A program made the position numbers and the translations under genes. DNA of 64,000 nucleotides from the human T2T-CHM13v2.0 reference genome, Homo sapiens. The notes under the pieces are model-generated. The model worked only from the letters and a program-made list of their open reading frames with translations, made no database searches and was not told the origin of the DNA. The stretch lies in NCBI RefSeq assembly GCF_009914755.1, contig NC_060925.1, one strand, 5' to 3'. Below are positions 36,950 through 53,140 of the stretch, in pieces. The stretch's first letter is position 1; each line of letters starts with the position of its first letter.

Positions 36950-37570
36950 TGTAGGTTTTTTATAGACAGCATTATCAGAATCTGACAATCTCTATCTTTT
37001 AAGGTCTATGTTTAGACCTTTTACATTTAATGTAATAAGTGATGTAGTTGGATTTAGGTCTACCATTTTATCTTTTTTTTCTGGTTTTAACCTCTTTTGT
37101 TCATTTGTTTCTGTGTTGCCTTTGTGCTGCCTTCCTTCAGATTATTTTAATATATTTTAGTATTTCATTTTAATTTATCTATTGGCTTTTTGCTTATATC
37201 TCTTTCTATTATTTTTTAGTGATTGACCTAGGGATTATAATATACATACCTAACTTTTTACAGTCTACTTAGAGTTAATTTGTACCTGTAAATAAAAATA
37301 AAACATAGAAGCCTTACAATCCTTGATATTATAGTTGTCCTATGTACATACATTGAACCCTCCCAGACAATGTTATATTTTATAATCATGTATTTTAAAG
37401 AACTTAAGAGACGAAAAATAGTGTATTATATTTACCCAGATATCTAACATTTCTGTTGCTCTTTCTTTATTCCAAGTTTTCTTCTGGTATTGATTCCCAT
37501 CATCAAGAAGAACTCCCTTTAACTTTTCTTTCAGGGCATTTCTTCTGGTTAAGAATTCTCTTAGTCACAA
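36950..37570 (-). mobile_element. Old L1M fragment
   Basis: T-rich tctgacaatctct...tttacatttaatgtaat...ggatttaggtctaccatttt, typical antisense L1M. Confidence 0.75.
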
Positions 37571-37830
37571 TAACGAGATCGGGTTGTTTAAAAGCGTTGC
37601 AAACCACCGCCTTTAACCTTGTTGCTCCTGCTCTGACCATGTGACATGTCTGCTCCTACTTGGCCCTCTGCTATAAGTAAAAGCTCCCTGAGGTCCCCCC
37701 AAAAGCCAAGCAAATGTTGATGCCATGCTTGTATAGCTTGCAGAACTGTGAGCCAATTAAACCTCTTTCCTTTACAAATTACCCAGCCTCAGGTACTCCT
37801 TTATAGCAACACAAGAACAGACTAACACAG
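37570..37830 (+). mobile_element. MST (MaLR) LTR 3' part
   Basis: gagatcgggttgtttaaaag...cagaactgtgagccaattaaacctctt...gactaacaca. Confidence 0.85.
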
Positions 37831-38277
37831 GGGTGGAAGTGATAATGTGACTTCCAGGCCAAAGGATTAAATTGTCATATATGTTTCTCTAACAATCTTT
37901 TCCCCTACTATATTCATCAGAGAAGCTGCATAATCCAGAAAATGCAGCTACATGATGATGAAATCTAATGGATGCAGATGCTGAGACCTATAGCAGACTT
38001 TATAAGATAAAAACATAAAACCTTGCTGTATTCAGGAACTGAGATTTTGAAGTTGTAGATTACTGCAACTTATCCCCACTAATCCTGAATAATATCCCAC
38101 ATGAGAAATATTTAGTTTCTAAAACATGTCTCTAGAGTTTAAAAAATGATACTAAGAATTAACAGATTGAACTACAATGATGAATACATCATTATACATT
38201 TGTCAAAATCTGTAGAATGTACAGCACCGAGAATACACCCTAATGTAAACTATGAACTTCGGATGATAATGACGTTG

Positions 38278-38698
38278 GTGCAGTTTGGATCTGTGTCCCC
38301 ACCCAAATCTCATGTTGAATTTTAATCCCCAGTATTGGAGGTGGAGCCTGGTGGGAGGCGACTGGATCCTGGGGGTGGATCCTTCATGAATGCTTTAGCA
38401 TCACCCTCAATGCTGTTCTTGTGACATGTGAGTGAGTGAGTTACCGTGAGATCTGGTTGTTTAAAAGTGTGCAGCACCTCCCTCTTCTCTCTCTTCCTCC
38501 TGCTCCAGCCATGTGAAGACACTTGCTCCTGCTTTTCCTTCCGCCATGAATAAAAGCTTCCTGAGGTCTCCCCAGGAGCAGAAGCCACTATGCTTCTTGT
38601 ACAGTCTACAGAAGCATGAACCAATTAAACCTCCTTTCTTTATAAATTACCCAGTCTCAGGCATTTCTTTACAGCAGAGTGAGAATGGACTGATACAG
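38278..38698 (+). mobile_element. MSTB-like solo LTR inserted into an L1MC 3' end (about 38160-38860)
   Basis: gtttggatctgtgtccccacccaaatctcatg...ccaattaaacctc...ggactgataca. Flanks contain ccctaatgtaaactatg and ctgtactttatgcttaatttttctgtaaatctaaa. Confidence 0.9.
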
Positions 38699-38875
38699 AT
38701 GTGTTAAAGTAGACTCATCAGTTTTAATAATGTATCCCTCTGGCAGGGGATGTCAAGAGTTGGGGAGGTTGTGCATGTGTGGGGGTGAGGGGTAGATGGT
38801 AACTTTCTGTACTTTATGCTTAATTTTTCTGTAAATCTAAATCTGCTCTTAAAAAAATTAGGTCTATTAAAAAAA

Positions 38876-39137
<262 letters not shown>

Positions 39138-39399
39138 TCACAGATTGAGATATTGTATTTTTTAAACCACACATTTTAATGTTGATATCTATTTCTTATT
39201 TCTCTGCTATAATGAGAAAATTGGCATTTCCTTCAATGTTTCTTCAAATTCTTACAAAATTTTTGTTACATTATTATTTTTACTTTATTATGCCCATATC
39301 AAATTACATTCTGTTTTATAAACATAATTTTCATAGTTGTTATGTCTTACATGTCTATTTAATAAATGGATTAAATGCCTATCACAAATGCTTTCAACA

Positions 39400-40560
39400 T
39401 GGTTTCTATAAAATTTTTTTAAAAAGAATCCTCTTAGTTTTCCTTCATCTAAGAATACCTTTCTTTTGTTTTCATTTCTGAAGGATATTTTTGTTAAATA
39501 AACAATTCTGGGTTGACAATTATTTCTTTCAGAAAAGATGTCCCAGTGTTTCTTCTAGCATCTATGGTTTCTGATGAAATATTCACAGTTATTTGAACTG
39601 TTGTTTGTTCTTAGGTAACATGTATCATTTTTCTGACTACTTTAACAATTTCTCTTTGTTTTTGGCTTGCAGAATTTTTGTTAGGTTGTGTCTGGGCATG
39701 GGTTTTTTAAAAATTTATCTTCTTTGGGCTTTACCAAACCTCTTGAACCTGAATATGTATGGATTTTTCTCCATTAAGTTTGGAAACTTTCCAGCCATTA
39801 TTTCAAAAAATATTTTTTCTGTATCCATCTCTTACTCTTCCTATTCAGGTATTCCAATGACAGAAAGGTTAGAGTTTTGATTTTTTTGTTTGTTTGTTTT
39901 TGTCCCATAGGTTCTATTCTGCTATTAAACTCATTCAGTGATCTTAAAATACATATATGTATAATATGTTTCAGTTATAATATTTTGTTTGGTTCCTTTT
40001 TATAGTTTCTATTTCTCTGCTAAGAATTTTTATCTCTTCACTCATTTTAATACCTTTACCTCATGGGGTATGGTTATAATGGCCCCATTAAAGTCTGATA
40101 ATTCCAACATCTGGGTCATCTCAGGGTTAGCATCTGTTGATTGTCTTTTCCCTTGAGAACTGGTTTAGGGTTTCCTGGTTTCTGGTCTATCAACTAATTT
40201 TGGACTTTCTGAATATTACATTGTGAGACTCTCAATCCTGTTAAAATCCTCTGGAGGATGGAATTTTTGTTTTTTAGGTTTTTTTTAATTGTTTTAATTT
40301 AGCAGGCCATCAACCTGTTGATGTTCAGAACCCAAGATCCACCTTGCCTTCCATGAATGATGGCTTCAACTTCAGTCCAGTTTTCAAAGCCTTTGCTATG
40401 CTGTTTGGGTCTGTCCCTCCCAGAGGTTGGTCTCAGACTTGGGCAGTGTTTTATGTCATCATTCACTTCTCAAATCCTTTGCTTTTTTTAAATATGTATT
40501 TCATGCATGCATCACTTGAAGGTGAGCCTGGGACTTATGTCAGTTCATACACAGAATTAG
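39400..40560 (-). mobile_element. Old L1M fragment
   Basis: gaaggatattttt...aattctgggttgaca...aagtttggaaactttccagccattatttc, antisense L1M motifs. Confidence 0.8.
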
Positions 40561-40928
40561 GGGGTTTCCTTCTCCATCCTCTTCTCTTGGAGATTTTGCC
40601 CACATCCTGTCACTTCCAGGGGTCCCATTTTCTGGTCCCTCTGGCCAGAAAAATGACATTCTCTGAGTGTTTTAGCCTCCCTTGCTATCACACAGATGCA
40701 TGTGAGTGGGTCTGCCCTTAGGAAGAAGGCACAAGATATTTTAAAAGATTTTTAAAATTCTAGTCATAAAGAGATTCACCATTTGTCTCATGTATTTGGA
40801 AAAGAAAAAAAACCTCTAAACTCTTTCCACACTCCACAAAATAGGGGGTCCCTCTGCCTGGCTCCTCTATCCGGGGTGACAGGTTTTCTCTCTGGCCCTT
40901 AGGTGCCCACGTGCCACCAGCATCATTA

Positions 40929-41365
<437 letters not shown>

Positions 41366-41526
41366 AAAACAAATATTTTTCTTACATTTTCCAGCCTAGA
41401 GGGATATTTTTTTCCTGATCCTATGGCCAGAAAGACAGTTTCCAATCTGTCCCACCTGCAGGTAAGTGGAGTCCATATGACCCTGGTCCTTGTGTGTCAG
41501 GATGCAGACTCGGTGTGATCCTTTGA

Positions 41527-42227
<701 letters not shown>

Positions 42228-42586
42228 TAGGGGTGGCTGAAAAAGAAAATGAACGTTGTGCTAGTCCGAACTTAATAATGACATTGTGTGTCTCATCTGT
42301 TTGAACAGCTTTAAAACAGCTCATCTCAAACCAACATTTTCCTGAGAGCCTGGCCTATGCCAGCTCCTGCCCAAGATGGTTCAGAAACAGCTTAGCTGGG
42401 GAGAGACAAGTAGAAAACTTCAGTGGAGCATGACAGAGACTCTGAGAGGGAGGCCAGGGGAGGAGCATGCGCCTCAGTGATTCTGATCCCTGGGTCAGAA
42501 TCCAAACCTGGCAGGCCTCTAAAGCTTACCAGTGGGACCCCACCTCAGCCAATTGTATCAGCATCTTGGTGGGGGGGTGGCAATAA

Positions 42587-42860
42587 TTTTTGAGACAGGG
42601 TCTCACTATGTTGCCCAGACTGGAGTGCAGTGGCATGATTTCAGCTCACTGCAACCTCAATCTCCCTGGCTCAGGTTATCCTCTCACCTCAGCCTCCTGA
42701 GTAGCTGGGATTACAGAGGCATCCTGCCCCACCCCATGCCTGGCTAATTTTTCTGTCTTTTTCAGAGTTGCCCAAGGGGCTGGTCTTGAACTCCTAGGCT
42801 CAAGTGATCCTCCAGCCTTGGCCTCCCAAATTGCTGGGATTGCAGGCATAAGCCAGCGCC
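42587..42860 (-). mobile_element. AluJ-like, within MER5-like sequence
   Basis: gagacagggtctcactatgttgccc...ctcctaggctcaagtgatcctcc, J-type features. Confidence 0.88.
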
Positions 42861-43754
42861 TGAGGTAGGAGTAATTTTTAAAGTGTCCCAAGTGATTGCA
42901 AACTGTAGCCAAGATGAAGACCCCCAACCACCTGGGTAGAGGCATCTAGATCTACCCAACAGTGCATTTGGTCTCATGGGACGCTGAAGGTAGACTGGAA
43001 ATCAGGGAAATGAAAAGTGCAGGAAGCAGAAGGATCTTCATCAACGTGGGTGAGAGCAGGTGTACTTGCCTGAAAGGAGGGCTGGAAGAGGGGGAAAGAC
43101 CAATGCAAAGACTCCACAAAGGGAACAAGACATACAGGCCACAAAGTCATGCCAATAATCCTATAGCCTACAGTGCTGCACTAGTTCCGTAATTTCTAAT
43201 CAAATGTCACTTTCCATTGTCTGATTTTATTATTTTCTTCATCCACTGGCATCCTCCTTCTTGAATGTATGTCCTTAGAGTCTTGAAAATTAGCTTTATG
43301 TGTGTTATAAATTTACATCAATGTCTTTGTGATGCAGATTTTCTCTGTTTCTGCTCATTTTCAGGTGGCACTGACCCTCCTCCATGTGACTATATTCAAG
43401 CATCACCTCTGTGTGCTAATGAACATTTCATCACAGTTCACTTCTCCAGTCCCTGAGGGATGCACACCTGAGCTCCCTCCAGCTCCCGCTCCCACCAGCA
43501 GTGCTGAAATGAACATCTTCATACCAGACCCCTTGCAGATGTGACCTGAACATCCAGATGGGGCTGCAAGTTCATCAGACTCTGTCAGATGACCCAGTGT
43601 TGTCAAAGGAGAGTCTCCATCATTTTCCTCATTTGTGATGTTGGCCCCTGAGGACAGATGGGCCCATGAATCTATCTCCAGGGTCTGGCAAGGTCCATTC
43701 ACATGGTGCCACCTTTGGCTCCAGGTCTTTCATGAGGGAAAGCAAAGGCAGCTT

Positions 43755-44170
43755 GAAGTCAGGGGGGCAGTCCACAGACCACCCTCACTTCTAACTGTGG
43801 AGTTTGGGCGTTCATTCCCAAGGCCATTCTCAGGTTTGACCATTTGCTAGAAAGACTCATGGAAGTCACTGAAAGTGTTTATACCCATGGTTATGGTTTA
43901 TTACTGTGTAAGGATACAGATCAAATCAAGGAAGACACATGTGGGGTAGAACCCAAGAGGGTTCCAATGTCAGAGCTCCCATTGTTCATTGCCTGTGGAG
44001 TCACAGACAGGGCTGACTCCTCCAGGTATGATGTGTGACAATAAGCAGAATATTGCCAACCGGGGGGCTTACCTGAGCCTTGGTGTTCTGAGTTTTTACT
44101 GGGGAGTCATGGTCGATGCCTGCCTGCCTGCATGGCTGACCTTTAGACCCCAGACCCTGGAGGTTGAAAT
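43755..44170. mobile_element. MER21-like LTR fragment
   Basis: gaccaccctcacttct...atttgctagaaagactca...ggttatggtttattac...aaggatacagat motifs. Confidence 0.65.
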
Positions 44171-46200
44171 GATATTTTCAACAGGCCCTGTTATTAGTCA
44201 GGTTAGGCTTGGCTCTGCTGCAGAGGCAGATAAACCCCCAAGCTCAGCAGTGCTAGACAATAAAGGTTTGTTTCCTCCATTGCGGTCCCATGTCATTTGG
44301 AATGCATGGCCCCCAAGGTCACTGCATCTGGGGAAGAGGAGGGAGGCCAAGGCGCTCTGGCTGTTAACCGCCGTGGCCCAGAAGTTACACGTGTCATTTC
44401 CTCTCACAGCCCATTGATGGGGATTAGTCACACGGCTGCAACTTACTACTGTAAGGAAGTCTGGGACACGGAGGACAACTCATGGAATATTTGCCGAATG
44501 GAGGCCCAGTCCCCAAGAAGACACCCTCCAATCATGAGACAATCCCTATCCCTTCCTGTCAGCCCAGGGGAAGTGGACAGGCACTGAGTAGGAAGTAGGT
44601 GACCTGCCAAGTTCATCCATGCTCCATACCCAGCTGGAATTCCTGGAGGGCTTCCAACGCTCTATGCCAACTCCTGAGAGTCCGAGAACACTGAAATAAT
44701 TCAACCAGCCCAGACAGCTGATGAGAGAAGGGGGCCAGCCCCTCAAGAGTGCAGAGGAAGCAAGGGGAAAGGGCTGAATGGGTGGGAGGGTCCCCTCATC
44801 TGTGGCTTCAGCAAGGACCTTGCTGTCTGCTCAACCACCAGGAATTCCAGATGAGGCCTTTTCACAGCTGGTGCCGAGGGGTGGAGGGCTTGCACGAACT
44901 CAGAGTCCTTCATGGGGATTAGAAGTTTTGTCTCCATCCTGCTGTCTGGGTAGCTCAGACTCCCTCCAGGGCCATCACAAGGCTTAGGGCCGCCCTCGCA
45001 ATCTGGGCTGGAGGTAGACTGAGGATACTGCTAGGGTGAGGTTCTGGAATGAGGCTGTCTTCCCTGTCTACTTGCAGACAGTGAAGTCCTTGTAGCGATG
45101 TCAGAGGAGCTGCTATGAGCCCTGAGGAGTCCTGCTATTGGCCAGGTCCTCACTCTGTGCAGGTGGTCCACATACTGTCCTGGGTCATCTTACTCAATCC
45201 TTACAACAACCCTGTCAGCTGGAAATGATTATGCTCAGTTTAGGGAGGAGGAAACCAAGGTCTAGAGAAGCAAAGAAAAGTATTCAAGATGACACCCTGG
45301 GTGGTGAAGCCAGGGCATAAACCCAGACAAGAATTCAGTGTTCACACTTTAAAAGTCATCGTAAGATGGAAAATATCACAAGAGTTAAAGACATAGCCAT
45401 CACCGGCCTCCACAGTTACCAGCTTACCACCCATCCCATTTCATGTGTCCCCCCACCAATCACTCCTCCACACCCTGGGTTAGGTTGAAGCAAATTCCAG
45501 ACCTCACATCATCTTTAGATAGTTCAGCATTGTCTCTAAAAGATAAGGAAGGGCCTGTGTTCTTAACTACAGGACCTCGCATGGAGTGGACATCAATAAC
45601 TATTCAATAAATCTTCACTTATTATCTATGTGAATAAAATCTCTAAGCATCTGTCAAGCCAAAAGTGTATTTGCGCATCTCTAAAAGGCAGTCAGGAGTA
45701 GTGGGAAGATAACGGGCTTCACCATAAGCTTTGGGTTCAAACCCTGGCTCTGCCAGTTGCCATGGCTATGGGATACTGGGTGAGTTCATGGAAACTGCAT
45801 GAGCCTCCGTTTCCTCCTATGAAATCCACACATCATGGCACTTTGACTTGTAAAGTAGTTAGGATTCAATGAGCACATAAATGCGGGCACATGCCCTGCA
45901 GAGAGCCTGGCTTTCTGGGGTAGTTTGTCAACAGCATAACCCTGAGTAACTCATCGAACCTCTTGTGCTTCAGTCTCCTCATCTGTAAAATGGAGTAATA
46001 AGAGTACCTGCCCCAAAGGGCTGCTGTGAGGAGTCAGTGAGTTGATCTATGTTAGATGTGGGATGCCTGGCACTTAATAAGTGTTCCATGTGAGTTACTG
46101 ATCACTAGAAGCCTGCAGTGTGGATAAGTAATGTCCAGTGTAGGGGTTATTATCCTGCAACATCGAACAGCTCCGGATCAAGCTATGCTTAAGATTTGAG

Positions 46201-46452
46201 CAATGGTTCTTACCTGGGGGCAATTTTACTGTAATCCTAACTGGGGGCAATCTGTTGTCTTACTGACCCCAGGAGACATTTGGCAATGTCTGGAGACACT
46301 TGTGGCTATAACAGTTGGGTGGGTGAGCTGCTACTGGCATCTAATGAGTAGAGGCCAGGGATGCTGCTCAACATCCTATGAGGCACAGGACAGTCCTTTC
46401 AACATACAATTATCTGGCCCAAAATGTCAGTGGCAAGGTTGAGAAACCCTGG
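46201..46452. mobile_element. MER20 DNA transposon
   Basis: caatggttct...gacatttggcaatgtctggagaca...ctactggcatcta...gtagaggccagggatgctgct...aaggttgagaaaccctg. Confidence 0.92.
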
Positions 46453-47059
46453 ATTAGAGAAAGGATCGGGAGGGGGTTAGCTCCATTGCACAGAGGCTGG
46501 GAGATTGACGCTTCAGTCATCTGGGGCTGTGTCCAGACTCAGGAAATTAATGGGATTTTTTCCATCTTCAGCAGAGTAGCAGTTGATCTGGTTCTTTCCG
46601 GAAGACAGCTGGATGTGGCAGCACGCCCTTTTTGAGTTGGGTACACTTTGTCTTATGAAGTGTCCTCTCCAAGCCTCTGCAGCTGGTTTGGGAGTGGCCA
46701 GGCGCTGGTGGGTGGAGGGTTCTGCAGCACGAGGGGGCCCAGCTCCCTGCCCGAAAGCAGGGTCAGGTGGGGATTTCTGGCAGCAGCTGGATGTGCTTCT
46801 GGTCCCAACCTGGAGACAAGAGGAGGGATCTGGGGATAGAAAGCACATTCAGAGAAAAAGCACGACGAGGACATCATGAGCTTTGGAACCAGATGGGCAG
46901 CTGTTCAAATTCTAGCTCTTTCAGCTACCACTGGATGACCTTGGCATGGAACTTACCCCCTCCAAGACTCCTTTGACAAGACAAGCAGGAGTTGTCCAAA
47001 GTCCCAGAGTAACCAGGGCTTGAGTCCATGTTTCTTAATTCTCAGTCTAGGCCCTTCCC

Positions 47060-47560
47060 CATGCATTCATTCATTTATTCATCCATTTACTCAATCAGCC
47101 TTACATTTGTGATAGGAGATTGGAAGGGTGAAATGGACAGTGGCCACAGAATAAAGGGCCTTGTAGATCCTGGCAAAGAAGTTAGATTTTATTCTAAGAA
47201 TGAATGAAAACCATGGAGGGTCTTGAGGGACATAATCAGACTTAGAAAAAGTCTGTTTGACTATCGTATGAAGCTGGACAGGCAAGAAGCCAGGGGCTCA
47301 GTGACAATGGTGGCTTTGACAGGGTGGTGGCAATGAGGTGGAGAGGAGAGAGATTCAGGACACATTTTGGAGGAAAAGCCAGCAGGTCCTGCTCATGAAT
47401 TGGGATATGGTGGGGGTTAGGAAAGGAGGGAATGGAGAGTAACTCCTCGGCTTTGCTCCTTTACAGTTGGGGAGACATGGAGGCCACTAACTGAGATGGG
47501 AAAGGCTGGGAAAGGGGTAGGGTGCAGGGGGCAGAGATTCAACAGGTCTGCTCAGCCATG
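47060..47560 (-). mobile_element. L2 fragment
   Basis: cattcattcatttattc tail; gatttattctaag, ttttggaggaaaagccagcagg motifs. Confidence 0.65.
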
Positions 47561-48558
47561 GCAGAGCTGGGAGCTCCACAGGAGACCCCGAGTAAAGATG
47601 GCGCTGCCTGACAATTTTGTAGCCTGGAGAAGATGATGCATGTGGCTCTGGAAATTTGGCTGGAATGCAAATTTGATTGAGATCATTTAGGGAGGGGGTA
47701 AGATAGAACATGGAAGAAGAAAAGAGAGCCAGGGACTGGACCCTGGGTGCTCCAACCTTTAGAGTTCAAAAGAAAATCAGCTTCCAGCAAAGCAGTCTGC
47801 AAAGTAGCAGCAGACAACAGGGGAAGAGCAGGGAAGAAGGATGCCAGAGCCGCAGAAGAGAGGGCTGGGTGAGGCCACACGCCCCGGCACATAGCAGGTC
47901 CTCCATGAGGCGACATGCGTAAGGCATCTGGAACATAGCAGGCCTACAGTAATTGGTCCATATTGGTATTAACTCTTAAACATGCTTGGAAGATGACTGC
48001 CACATATCAGTCCACCATCAGCCAATTGATGCTGGAGTCTGGCCCTTGTCTGACAGGGCAGATGCTTTTTGGGAGGACATCGGGTCTCAGGCTCCAGCCC
48101 CCACAGCCTCAGCATCCATTCTCAGCTCTGCCTGCCCTGGGGGTGTGGCCCTGAGCATGTTCCAGAAGCTCTTGGAGCCCACGTGTTCTCATCTGTAACA
48201 TAGGGTTATTGATAGAATGTGGGGACAGAATTAGGATTCGAATCCACTTCTGCTGACCCCGGAGCCCACTGTCTTTCCATGACATAGCACGGCAGCCATT
48301 CCCATAGCAGGAGGGAGCTGCTGAAGGGGCACTGAAGACGGGGCTGCCTGGAGGCGCTATTCTTGATGATTTCTGCCACACAGGGGCCCTGCTTCAAGTA
48401 CATTGAATCCACTTGTTCTCAATTCTGGCTGCTGCCTGTTAGAATCAGATCTGGGTAGGTGAAGAGGGCAGAGGGAAGGGGGCTAAAACATATCAATGTC
48501 CAGGCCTCTCCCCTGCCCCGTTAAATCAGAACCTCTGGGAATAAAGCCCAGGTATCAG

Positions 48559-48603
48559 GATCATTATCATCATCATCATTGTCATCATCATCATCATCAT
48601 CAT
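48559..48603. repeat. (CAT)n trinucleotide repeat inside a MER5-like element
   Basis: atcattatcatcatcatcattgtcatcatcatcatcatcatcatt. Confidence 0.9.
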
Positions 48604-49687
48604 TTTAGGTCCCCCGTTGATTCTGACACAATCCAGTCTTGAAAACCAATGGAGAACCTGAAGCCCTAGAGCTCTAACCCTAAGTCTTTCCTATCCTGAG
48701 TTCCTACAGGATGGAAAATAAGGCTGGCTTTCTCTTCCCTGCATAAAAGACCTCCAGAGAGGAAGTGTGATGGGTAGTTAAGAACCCCCAGCATGGGGTT
48801 AAACCCTTCTGAGTTATGTTTTAGCCACATGGCCTTAGTTAAGTTCTCTCCAGCCTGATTCCTGGGAAAGATCAACTCTTCAATAACCATTGCACGACTC
48901 TATACAGTTGATAAGGCATTTTGATATACACCATCTGTTTGAATTCTCCCCCACAATCCTGTAAGGAAGAGGGAAATGATTAGTTCCATTTTCTAGTTGG
49001 GGAAACTGAGGCTCAGAGATGAAGTCAGTTGCCAAAGTACATTCAGCTATGGTTTGAGTGCAGGTTTTCTTTCTCTTTGCCAAAGGGAGGCTGGAATTAA
49101 GAAGGCCCACAATGGAGCTTTGCCTAAGACAGTGACTGGAACATAGGAGAGGCTTGGAAATTGCAGAATGAATGAATGAGTGAGCTAAAAGATGGGCAGG
49201 AGATGCTTCTAAACAGGGTCCTGTAGTGACCAAGGCCCCCACCTCAGTGAAAGGAGAGGAAGAAACTAACCATTCCAGGCAGTGGCTGCACCAGGAACAG
49301 GCCAGCCATTTACACGCAGCATAGGGCATTCACAGTCATACTTCTGCTGGAAGGGACCCATTTTACAGGTGGGAGGTTGAGGCCCACAGTCACAGGGTGG
49401 ACAAGATCCTCTAACTCCTGATCCAGAGCCCCTTCTGACATCCCAGAGTTCAAAAAAAGTCATGGAATTTTCGAGAAAAGTCTGGGTAAAGCTTCTCTGG
49501 GGAAACAAAGTCCTCATTCTGGTGTTCATCCCAAAGAGAAATTCTGCATCTCTGACCGGTATGTATCAGGTATAAGCTGGAAAATGGAAACTGCCGCAGG
49601 AACACTGACTGGTTAATTTTCTTCCTGACATCCAAACTCCCTCACATCCCATGCCAGATTGGGTTAAGTGCTTTACTTATGTTATTT

Positions 49688-50300
<613 letters not shown>

Positions 50301-52939
50301 AGATTTTGTTGTTACCCCCATTTTAAAGATGAAGAAACTGAGTCCCAGAGAGGTTCAGGAATTTTCGTAAGATCACACAGCTAGCAAGTAGCAAAACTTG
50401 GAGTCATAGTCAGACTCGGAGTCAGGCAGTTGGGCTCCAGAGCCAGGCTCTTAACCACTCAGTTGCCATATGGACACAGAATCTTCACGTGGAGGAAACT
50501 TTTAAGTGCATGAAACTGAGGCCCAGAGAGGGGATTAAGGCTGCAACCTAACAGAGACACACAGTGATGGAGAGGCAGAGCCCCACCTGGCTCCCTGACT
50601 CAGTCCAGGGTTGGTTCCTCCAGATCAGGCAGCTTCCTCATTTATTCCAACTAATTATCATCAGTTAAGCCGATCTGGAAATGCCGACATGAGAGTTGGA
50701 AGTGGGGGTGGGTGACTGACAAGGCGGGAGAGGGAGGTGGGCAAGAGGGGCCCCTGCCTCCACACGCGTCCACACGTATCCACATGCACGCACACACACA
50801 ACGGCTTCCATTTCCTGAGATGTCCACCTGCTTTTATGAATATAAGTGGATTTGTAACAAGCATTGCAGCTGCATATAAGGCATTCAGACATGGAGACAA
50901 TTTTACTAGATAATAGACTATCATGCAGGATACAATTTAAATTAAAAAATGCAATTTTCACCTTGAAATGAACAAATGATTACAATTTCTATACAAATTA
51001 AGGCATTCAGCCTCTCTTTCAGTAGTGGCACCAGCCCATGAAATATGACATAATTACCATGAAATACATTTTCAAATATTTTGATTTTTGTCCGCTGCTT
51101 TTTAAAAAACATAGGCCGCCTTCTAGGTCTCTGAGTATGTGTTGGCATTTCCCACCTTCTGGGAAAAACACATTAAAAAGAAAAGCCAAAGTCCCCGAAG
51201 ATGAAGTTGGCCCCCCTCCCTGCCCTCCCCTCCTCCTATCTCCTCACCCCTCAGAGTTCTCTGCCCTCCCCCTCCCCCTCCCTTGGCTCAGAGATAAAAT
51301 TGAAAAAAGGCAGACGGAGGAGAGGGGACACAGGCGCCCACCTCCAAAGCCTGAAATTTATCTAAGTTGCCACGCTTATCTGCAGAATCGCATCTGTTGG
51401 TTATCACGACGCCAACTGCTCCAACCCTCCATCCCGCTCTTCTCTGGAAATGGCTCCCCCATCCCTCCTACCAATGCATTCCCCCCCGCCTCAACCTGCA
51501 CTCTTATTTTTTAATTATTTTTCCATTGTGTTGTCTCTTTGTGGCTGGAGATGGAAGGATGAAAAGCCACTGCCTGTGGCTTGATCCAGCCCCATGGAAC
51601 TTTGGAGTTCAGAAGGAGTGGACAGGGTAGGCAGCCAGTGAGTCTCAGCTACCGAACTGGGTGGAGCTCTCTGTTCTTTGTCCTAGTTGAGTGACCTTGA
51701 TGAAGGTCATTCCTACCTGCATCCATCTCCTCCCTGTGCCTGTAAACCTGCCGTCTTGAACAACCCATCCCTTTGGTCCAAGCTTTGGGTGGAAGATCTC
51801 TTGGGACATTAGATCTGCATCCAAAATACTTACAGGCAGACCTTCGTCCTCTTCCTTGGTTCTTAGCGTTGGTCTGAGTCTTCTGTTCTGAACCAGCATC
51901 CACTAGGCAGGCTTCACCACTCCCGATTCTGCATCTGCTGTCCCCAGAACTTGGTTCCTATCTGTTGCGTGGTCTCACATCACTCTTTGGGCCAGCTGTG
52001 CCCTGCCTTTCCCTCCTTAAGGATTATTCTGGCTCTTCCTCCATCCTGGCTAGTCTAGTCTGGCCCAAGTCTCCTCCACTTCAGGGGGTTGTCCTTCTAC
52101 CTAAACGAAGCCTGTGGAGGAAGATTGAAGATGAGATGCAGCGCTTAAAGCCCATTGCTTTTGCTTAGCACATTTGTTTTGGTTTTCCAAGCATTTTCAC
52201 CTGCTTCAACATGATCCCATCTTGCCACGGCCCTGTACGGGGGACCTCGCTCACAAAGGAAGCATTCAACATTTTATAGAGGAGTAACCAGGTATTCTAG
52301 ACCAATGTGGGAAATGACCAAAGCAAGTCCACACTCATTCTTGGAGCGTGGACCACACTCTCTTCCTCTGATCCCAGCCTACCCTACATTCCACCCTCCC
52401 TACTCTCCTTCCTCGGCCCAGGGCGAGGTGAAGACTGGATCACACTCCAGCTCAGAGAGCAAAATGGGACATCCTAGTGGAAAGAGAATGGGTTTTAGGA
52501 TCAAACATTCAGAGTCTCAGACTCTGATCTCCACCTCTTTCTTGTTCTCTGACCTTGGCCAAATTAATTGGTCTCTGTGCCTCGAGTGTTCTCCTCTGTA
52601 AGATGTAGAAAATGATCTCTTCTGCATGGAGGCTGTGAGAATGAACTTTGCAAGAGTGTGGCAGACCTTCAGCAGATGTAAATTTCCCCTCTCATGCTCT
52701 GACTCCCAGCTTGCTTAGGGATTTTGAGGTTTTATTTTTAATTCCTTTGGTTCACTAAGAAAAGCCCAAGCCCCAAAGTGTTCATCACTTAGAAACTTTT
52801 TGGTATTTGGGGGTGAGTCAAGTGTCTATGCCTGAACCAGATACCAGGGTATTGAGAGATGAACGTGCTAGCATCCAGGGAGGGGGTGGTGGAGTTGAGG
52901 GGAAGCAGGAGGGCAAGGGATGATCATAACAATGTTTTA

Positions 52940-53140
52940 CTAAACACCCACGCTCTGTTGTAGCCACTGTGCTAAGGGTCTTCATCTCGTTAATCCTCAC
53001 GATCATATTATGAAGTTAATATTAACCCCATTTAACAGATGGAAAAACTGAGTCACAGAGAAGTTATGTCATTTGCCCAAGATCACACAGCTAGGAAGTG
53101 ACAGAGCTGGGATGTAAACCCAGGCTTCCTGGCTCTAACA
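52940..53140 (-). mobile_element. MIR
   Basis: ttaatcctcac...ccccatttaacagatggaaaaactgag...gcccaagatcacacagctaggaagtgacagagctgggat. Confidence 0.92.

Noticed and set aside
44423-44433. ATTAGTCACAC Pax3/7-like composite motif
   Set aside because: Lies in an MLT-like repeat segment where ...TAGTCACATGGC is consensus, so it is expected by descent.
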